Assembly: GCA_965248055.1 (NCBI GenBank)
Contig: CBDFIJ010000004.1
Coordinates: 672,001-736,000, forward strand
Source: Candidatus Multivoradales bacterium
GTDB lineage: Bacteria > Acidobacteriota > Thermoanaerobaculia > Multivoradales > JAHEKO01
Reading direction: 5' to 3'
DNA: 64,000 nucleotides
Within the stretch, counting starts at the first letter, position 1. The number at the start of each line of letters is the position of its first letter. Of this stretch, positions 58,452 to 64,000 are shown piece after piece. The notes beneath the pieces were generated by a model, which was given only the letters and a program-made list of their open reading frames with translations, was not told the origin of the DNA and searched no databases. The translations under genes were made by a program, and so were the position numbers.

Positions 58452-59687
58452 TCAACTGGTTGTCGGGTTTGACTCTACTGTGATCGATGACTCAGGGAGC
58501 TGTGCACTCAGCACACGCAAGGCATTCTCTCCCATCACCCCGCGAACGGTTTCCGCAGAGAGCCCAACTCTCAGAAGCTCTTGCGTCAACACCGAAAGTT
58601 GGGCGGCGTCAAACGGCACCGAAGTCGCCCCGTCAAAATCCGAACCCAAGGCCACCGACTTCGACCCGGCAATCGCCACCGCGTGTTGAATCGCCCTGGC
58701 AATCGCTGGGACATCGTCGCCACAGGTCGCCCCCCGCCAGAAGCCGATGCCAATCAAACCACCGGTCGCGGCAATGCGACGGATCTGACCATCGGACAAA
58801 TTTCTCGGACCGGGACAAGTGCCCCGAACTCCGGTGTGGGAGACCAGCACCGGATGGGTCGCAACCCGCAGCACATCCTCGATCAACGCGGGCGAGGCAT
58901 GGGCGAGGTCGACGATCCCGTTCCGTTGCTCAATCGCCATGACCATCTGGCGACCAAACGCAGTAAGGCCCCCTTGTTTCATCCCGTGCGCTGAGCCTCC
59001 CAAACGATTGTCAAAGAAATGTGCCAAACCGAAGATTCGATAACCCAAGGTAAACAACCGATCAAGATTCTCGGCACGACCTTCCAAGGCCTGCATCCCC
59101 TCGATCGCCAACAGACCTCCGATCTGTGTGCTCTCTTCATTCTGCAGAAGCTGACGCAAGTCGCGCTGGTTCTCGATCAACGTCAAGCTTTTGCCCTGCG
59201 CACGGCGCAGGCGTTTTGCCTGAAACTTCGCCCGTTGGAAATCACTCCACCACGATCTCAGTGGCCAACCCTGAGCGATCACCAAGGGTAGCATCGCGTC
59301 GCTCGGTGTATTGTGTTGGTAGTTCTGACCTCTTGGAGTGCGAATCACAGCGCTGAAAACCTGCAGTCGCACGTTGCCAGCCTGCAGCCGCGGCAGGTCC
59401 GAATGACCCCGCTGGGAACGGCGCCGCAAGTTTCGCGACCACAGCAGAAAATCGTTGTGCAGATCCACTGTCCTCAAGGATTGATGGAACTCGCTGGCTT
59501 GGGCTTCAACCTTGGGTATCGTGGCCCCGGTCAGCGTGTTCATCCTGCCATCGACAACGCCGGGGACGATGGCGGTGAACACGATCAAGACGATCGCTGC
59601 CAGCAGCATCACACCGATCAGTATTCGCTTAGCCCAGGACACTATTTCTCTACTCGTGGTTCGTTGGCTGTGGCTCGTTAGCAACAT
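58452..59687 (-). CDS. Membrane dipeptidase (peptidase M19)
   Basis: DLHND, AIEG, DLAHAS, VSHTG, RNLSD, LGSDFDG. Confidence 0.92.
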   Translation of the reverse strand: MLLTSHSQRTTSREIVSWAKRILIGVMLLAAIVLIVFTAIVPGVVDGRMNTLTGATIPKVEAQASEFHQSLRTVDLHNDFLLWSRNLRRRSQRGHSDLPRLQAGNVRLQVFSAVIRTPRGQNYQHNTPSDAMLPLVIAQGWPLRSWWSDFQRAKFQAKRLRRAQGKSLTLIENQRDLRQLLQNEESTQIGGLLAIEGMQALEGRAENLDRLFTLGYRIFGLAHFFDNRLGGSAHGMKQGGLTAFGRQMVMAIEQRNGIVDLAHASPALIEDVLRVATHPVLVSHTGVRGTCPGPRNLSDGQIRRIAATGGLIGIGFWRGATCGDDVPAIARAIQHAVAIAGSKSVALGSDFDGATSVPFDAAQLSVLTQELLRVGLSAETVRGVMGENALRVLSAQLPESSITVESNPTTS

Positions 59688-59787
59688 CGCATTGGGTCGA
59701 ACTGGTTCTCTCGTGGTTCAACCTGTGGGGTTCGCTACCCAGTGCCACTACCCAAGTGCCTTGCGTAGCCGAAAGAAGAAATCCTGC

Positions 59788-62499
59788 CTACGAATCAAGA
59801 TGGATCGCTTTGGCGGCGGCCAGCCGAGCCAGCGGCACGCGAAACGGCGAGCAAGAGACATAGTCCAGCCCACAGGTCTCGACGAACGCGATCGAGGCCG
59901 GATCTCCCCCGTGCTCCCCGCAGATGCCGAGCTTAAGGTCAGCCCGGGACTCTCGGCCTGAGACTGCTGCCATGCGCACCAACTGTCCAACGCCTTCGAT
60001 GTCCAGTTCGGTGAACGGATCGACCGAGAGGACGCCGCGCTCCAAGTACTCGCTGAGAAACTGGCTGACGTCATCGCGGGAGTAGCCCCAGGTCATCTGG
60101 GTCAGGTCGTTGGTGCCAAAGGAAAAGAAATCGGCGAACTCAGCGATCTTTCCGGCCACCAGCGCGGCGCGCGGAACCTCAATCATGGTGCCGATCGGTA
60201 TCTCGAGCACCACTCCGGACTCACTGGCCACCCGGTCCAAGACGGCCTCGATCGCGCTACGCAGCGAACGCATTTCTTCTACCGTCCCAACCAACGGCAC
60301 CATAATCTCCGGTCGTGGCGAAGCCCCTTCCTGGAGCAGTCGAACGGTTGCCCGAGCAATCGCCTCTACCTGCATGGCGTAGATCTCCGGGCTGGTGATC
60401 CCCAAACGGCATCCGCGATGACCCAGCATCGGGTTCACTTCACGGATCTCTTCGATACGTCCTTCAATCGCCGACGCCTCGACCCCCAATTCTGCGGCCA
60501 GTTGATCGATCGTTTCCCGCTCCTGCGGCAGGAATTCATGCAGCGGTGGATCCAGGAGACGAATGGTGACTGGTCGACTTGCCATCGCCCGAAAGATTCC
60601 CTCGAAGTCCCCTTGCTGTGCTGGCAGGAGCTGAGCCAAGGCGTCGGTGCGGCGTGCGGAATCGGTGTCGATAATCACGCGCCGGACCAACTGAATCCGC
60701 TCTTCACTAAAGAACATGTGCTCGGTGCGGCACAGTCCAATTCCTTCGGCTCCCAGTGCTACTGCCGCTGCGGCGTCTTCCGGAGTGTCAGCATTGGCTC
60801 GTACTCGCATTCGGCGAACTTGATCGGCCCAGCTCAACACCTGGACAAAGGCGTCCACCAGCGGATCTTCCCTGCCCTCGCCTTCGCCAGAGAGCAGCGC
60901 GCGCACCACTCGTGAAGGTCTTGTTTCCATGCGTCCGGCGATCACCTCTCCGGTACTGCCGTCGATCGAAACCCATTCTCCTTCCTCAAGTTGGCGCTCA
61001 CCCGCCTTCAAGCCGGATGGCTCGATGCGCAGTTCTCCGGCTCCGACGACACAAGGTTTGCCCAGTCCTCGGGCCACCACCGCAGCGTGCGAAGTCATAC
61101 CGCCCCGCGCGGTAAGAATGCCACTGGAGGCGTGCATTCCAACGATGTCCTCGGGCGACGTTTCGTCGCGCACCAGGATCACCGGTCCGTCGGCGGCCAT
61201 CTCAGCAGCCCGCTCCGCGGTCAGAGCGATCCGGCCACTCCCGGCACCGGGCCCAGCCGGTAGACCGCGGGCCAGTCCGCGACCATCGGCCAAAGACCGG
61301 CTCTTTTCTTGAGGATCGAAACCCGGCGCCAGCACTTGTGCCAAGTGATCCGGTTCGACCCGCGCCAACCCCAGAGTGGGATCAAGCTTGCCCTCAGCCA
61401 CCATCTCCGCTGCAATACGGATCGCTGCTGGGCCGCTGCGTTTCCCGTCACGGGTCTGCAGCATATAGAGCACACCGTCCTCAACGGTGAACTCGACGTC
61501 TTGCATATCGCGACGCTCATCTTCTAGTAATTGACAGACCTGCTCCAGTTGGACGAAGCACTCGGGGAACGCTGACTTCAGATCCTCTTCTCCGGAGTCC
61601 GAGACAATCGGCAGCGGGGTGCGGATGCCGGCAACCACGTCTTCTCCCTGCGCGTTGATCAAAAACTCGCCGTAGATCTTGGCCTCTCCGGTGGAAGGGT
61701 TGCGGGTAAAGGCTACTCCGGTGGCGCAGTTCGGCCCCCGATTGCCGAACACCATGGTCTGGACGTTGACCGCGGTGCCCAGGTCGTCAGGAATTCCGTG
61801 CAGCCGGCGATACTGCCGCGCACGGCGAATATTCCAGCTATCGAAGACCGCACCCACCGCAGCCCATAGCTGCTCGCGCGGATCGAACGGAAAGGTCTTT
61901 TCGTGCTTTGTTGCGTAGCGTAAGAACTGTTGACAGACGCCTTCTACTTGCACAGCCGACAGCTCTGCATCTGAACCCACCGAGGCAGCCGCGCGGCTAT
62001 CGCTGAGGATGGTTTCAAAACCGGCGTGGGGTACACCCAGCACCACATCGCAGTACATGGAAATCAGTCGGCGGTAGCAGTCCCAGGCGAATCGAGCGTC
62101 CCAGCCCTGTGAAATTTGCGCCCTGACGATCTCCTCGTTGAGCCCCAGGTTGAGAATGGTGTCCATCATCCCGGGCATCGAGTATTTGGCGCCCGAGCGA
62201 ACAGAGAGCAGCAGCGGGCGCTCCAACGAACCGAAGGACTTACCGCTGAGGCCCTCCAAGGTAGCCAATGCGCCGTCGAACTGCTCCGCCAAGCCCTCGG
62301 GGAACTCCCCGTCTCGCTGATGGTAAGCACGGCAGGCTTCTGTAGTGATGGTGAAGCCAGGAGGAACCGGGATTCCCAATTGGCTCATCTCCGCCAAACC
62401 AGCCCCCTTACCACCGAGTAGCTCCTTCTGATCCTTGGTGCCTTCGGTCAGACCGCGACCGGAAGCACCAGCAGCGAAGGAATAGGCGAATTTCTGCAT
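59788..62499 (-). CDS. ppdK: Pyruvate, phosphate dikinase
   Basis: GGKGAGLAEM, SVRSGA..SMPGMMDT, GGMTSHAAVVARG, GLCRTEHMF, GICGEHGG. Start ATG 62499. Confidence 0.98.
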   Translation of the reverse strand: MQKFAYSFAAGASGRGLTEGTKDQKELLGGKGAGLAEMSQLGIPVPPGFTITTEACRAYHQRDGEFPEGLAEQFDGALATLEGLSGKSFGSLERPLLLSVRSGAKYSMPGMMDTILNLGLNEEIVRAQISQGWDARFAWDCYRRLISMYCDVVLGVPHAGFETILSDSRAAASVGSDAELSAVQVEGVCQQFLRYATKHEKTFPFDPREQLWAAVGAVFDSWNIRRARQYRRLHGIPDDLGTAVNVQTMVFGNRGPNCATGVAFTRNPSTGEAKIYGEFLINAQGEDVVAGIRTPLPIVSDSGEEDLKSAFPECFVQLEQVCQLLEDERRDMQDVEFTVEDGVLYMLQTRDGKRSGPAAIRIAAEMVAEGKLDPTLGLARVEPDHLAQVLAPGFDPQEKSRSLADGRGLARGLPAGPGAGSGRIALTAERAAEMAADGPVILVRDETSPEDIVGMHASSGILTARGGMTSHAAVVARGLGKPCVVGAGELRIEPSGLKAGERQLEEGEWVSIDGSTGEVIAGRMETRPSRVVRALLSGEGEGREDPLVDAFVQVLSWADQVRRMRVRANADTPEDAAAAVALGAEGIGLCRTEHMFFSEERIQLVRRVIIDTDSARRTDALAQLLPAQQGDFEGIFRAMASRPVTIRLLDPPLHEFLPQERETIDQLAAELGVEASAIEGRIEEIREVNPMLGHRGCRLGITSPEIYAMQVEAIARATVRLLQEGASPRPEIMVPLVGTVEEMRSLRSAIEAVLDRVASESGVVLEIPIGTMIEVPRAALVAGKIAEFADFFSFGTNDLTQMTWGYSRDDVSQFLSEYLERGVLSVDPFTELDIEGVGQLVRMAAVSGRESRADLKLGICGEHGGDPASIAFVETCGLDYVSCSPFRVPLARLAAAKAIHLDS

Positions 62500-62512
62500 G
62501 GATCCTCTGCTA

Positions 62513-64000
62513 TTAGGAATCGGCGGTGTCGATCGCCCGTCGATCCACCGCCATCTGAGAAAGGTCGCCAACTTGGCCGAACAGTGCATCCACCTGCGCC
62601 AGCAAACCCAGGCGGTTGTTGCGAATGGTGCTGTCCGGGTCCATCACCAGAACTTGGTCGAAGAATCTCTCCAAGATCGGTGCGTAGCCAGCCACATGGG
62701 CCAAAGCGCCCTCGTAATCTCGTCGTTGAATGGTTGCCTCTACAACTTCTCGGTCAACACGAATCGCTTGCCACAAGTCTTTTTCAGCACTGTGTTGAAA
62801 GTGCTTTTCATCGACCGTCGACCCTGTATCTTGGCCACTCAAAATATTACGGATCCGCTTGGCGGCATCGGCAACAGTGACAAAACCACTGCCAGCTCTC
62901 GCTCGATGTAGCGCGGTGGTGCGCGCCAACGCCGCATTCGGCAGATCATCCACCGCCACCGCAGCAGCCACCTCGTCGTAGGCAAATCCACGACGCCCCA
63001 GAAGGCTGCGCACCCGGTCTTGCAGAAAGGCGGTCAGCGCTTCCATCGACTCCGCTGGGTCACCCTTGAGTTGTTCGCGGTGGAGCTCGATCGCTTCGCT
63101 AGCCAGCTGCCGTAGATCCAGTTCCAAACCGGAACCGATTAAGATCTCCACCGCCCCTTGGGCTGCACGGCGCAGCGCAAACGGATCCTTGCTGCCACTC
63201 GGGATCAGCCCCAAAGCAAAGAACCCTCCTAGCGTCACCATGCGGTCCGCGATCCCCAACAACTGTGCCACCTCCCCCTGGGGGATTGGCTCCTCACTTG
63301 AGGCTGGCTGATACTGCTGATAGATGGCCGCCGCGACCTCTTCTGGATAATCCTGTTCGCGGGCATAGACGCCACCAATCACGCCCTGCAAACTGGTGAA
63401 TTCCTTGACCACTTCACAAGTCAGATCGACTTTGGCCAAGGAAGCGGCGGTCGCCAGAAACGGTTGCAAATCACCGCGATTGAGGCTGCGGCACAAGAAA
63501 TCTCCGTAGCTGGCGATGCGAACGGTTTTGTCCTGATAGGAGCCGAGGGCGCGGTGAAAAGTCAGTCGCGCCAAGTCGGCACGGCGCTCATTGAGGCCCC
63601 GCTTGCGGTCTTCCGCGACAAAGAATCGGGCATCTTCCAGCCGGGCGGCGACCACCCATTCATTGCCCTGTCGCACCAGTCCTTGTGGATCATCCGGGCG
63701 GTCCATCACCGTGAGAAACGCTGGCAATGCCTTTCCTTGTGCTTGCACGCTGAACGCACTTTGATGGTCGCGCAGGCTAGCTTGCAGGACTTCCGCCGGG
63801 ATCCCCTCAGGATCGCAGCTCCCCACCACCACTCCTGGGATCTCGCAGACCGCCGCGAGTCGATCGAGTAGCTCATCGTCAGTCGGTACCTCTCCCCCTA
63901 GTTCGGCAGCAGCAGTGGCAAATCCCTCGGCTAGAATCTCTCGGCGACGAGCGCCACGAATCTCGATCCCCTGCTCGGCCAATGCTTGGCTGTAGTCTTG
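62513..64000 (-). CDS. glyS: Glycine--tRNA ligase beta subunit (5' end outside the window)
   Basis: GNEWVVAARLEDARFF, EFTSLQGVIG, PSGSKDPFALRR, FFDQVLVM...NRL; glyS-ppdK synteny. Confidence 0.96.
   Translation of the reverse strand, partial: QDYSQALAEQGIEIRGARRREILAEGFATAAAELGGEVPTDDELLDRLAAVCEIPGVVVGSCDPEGIPAEVLQASLRDHQSAFSVQAQGKALPAFLTVMDRPDDPQGLVRQGNEWVVAARLEDARFFVAEDRKRGLNERRADLARLTFHRALGSYQDKTVRIASYGDFLCRSLNRGDLQPFLATAASLAKVDLTCEVVKEFTSLQGVIGGVYAREQDYPEEVAAAIYQQYQPASSEEPIPQGEVAQLLGIADRMVTLGGFFALGLIPSGSKDPFALRRAAQGAVEILIGSGLELDLRQLASEAIELHREQLKGDPAESMEALTAFLQDRVRSLLGRRGFAYDEVAAAVAVDDLPNAALARTTALHRARAGSGFVTVADAAKRIRNILSGQDTGSTVDEKHFQHSAEKDLWQAIRVDREVVEATIQRRDYEGALAHVAGYAPILERFFDQVLVMDPDSTIRNNRLGLLAQVDALFGQVGDLSQMAVDRRAIDTADS

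Overview
GC-rich bacterial chromosomal window. Gene content and style suggest Acidobacteriota, possibly Thermoanaerobaculia (inference only). Most of it is core or metabolic: def, acpS, lspA, an RluA-family synthase, ald, tRNA-Gly(CCC), hutU/hutH, comM, secA, guaB, trxA, ribF, rimO, asnS, rnc, mutL, ppdK, glyS, plus several peptidases and an OPT transporter. Three accessory regions stand out. (1) At about 9.3-14.75 kb lie an orphan DNA methyltransferase with a nuclease-like tail, then small genes and gene fragments separated by at least 7 same-orientation copies of a degenerate ~30-bp palindrome (idealised AGGTGCCAGCCG-AATATT-CGGCTGGCACCT). This region also holds a ~91%-identical 502-bp second copy of the 3' end of the flanking AIM24 gene that ends exactly at one of these sites. 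It is the best candidate for an undescribed gene-cassette capture or accretion system; no recombinase gene is in the window. (2) At about 26.4-28.4 kb lie a decayed phospholipase-A2-like gene and an exported protein next to comM. (3) At about 33.9-37.2 kb a pseudogene is hit by an intact IS30 and an intact IS481. Also noted: a structured ncRNA candidate at 51.5 kb, a frameshifted cytochrome c, and apparent leaderless promoters. All coordinates and counts were read by hand; no database search was run.
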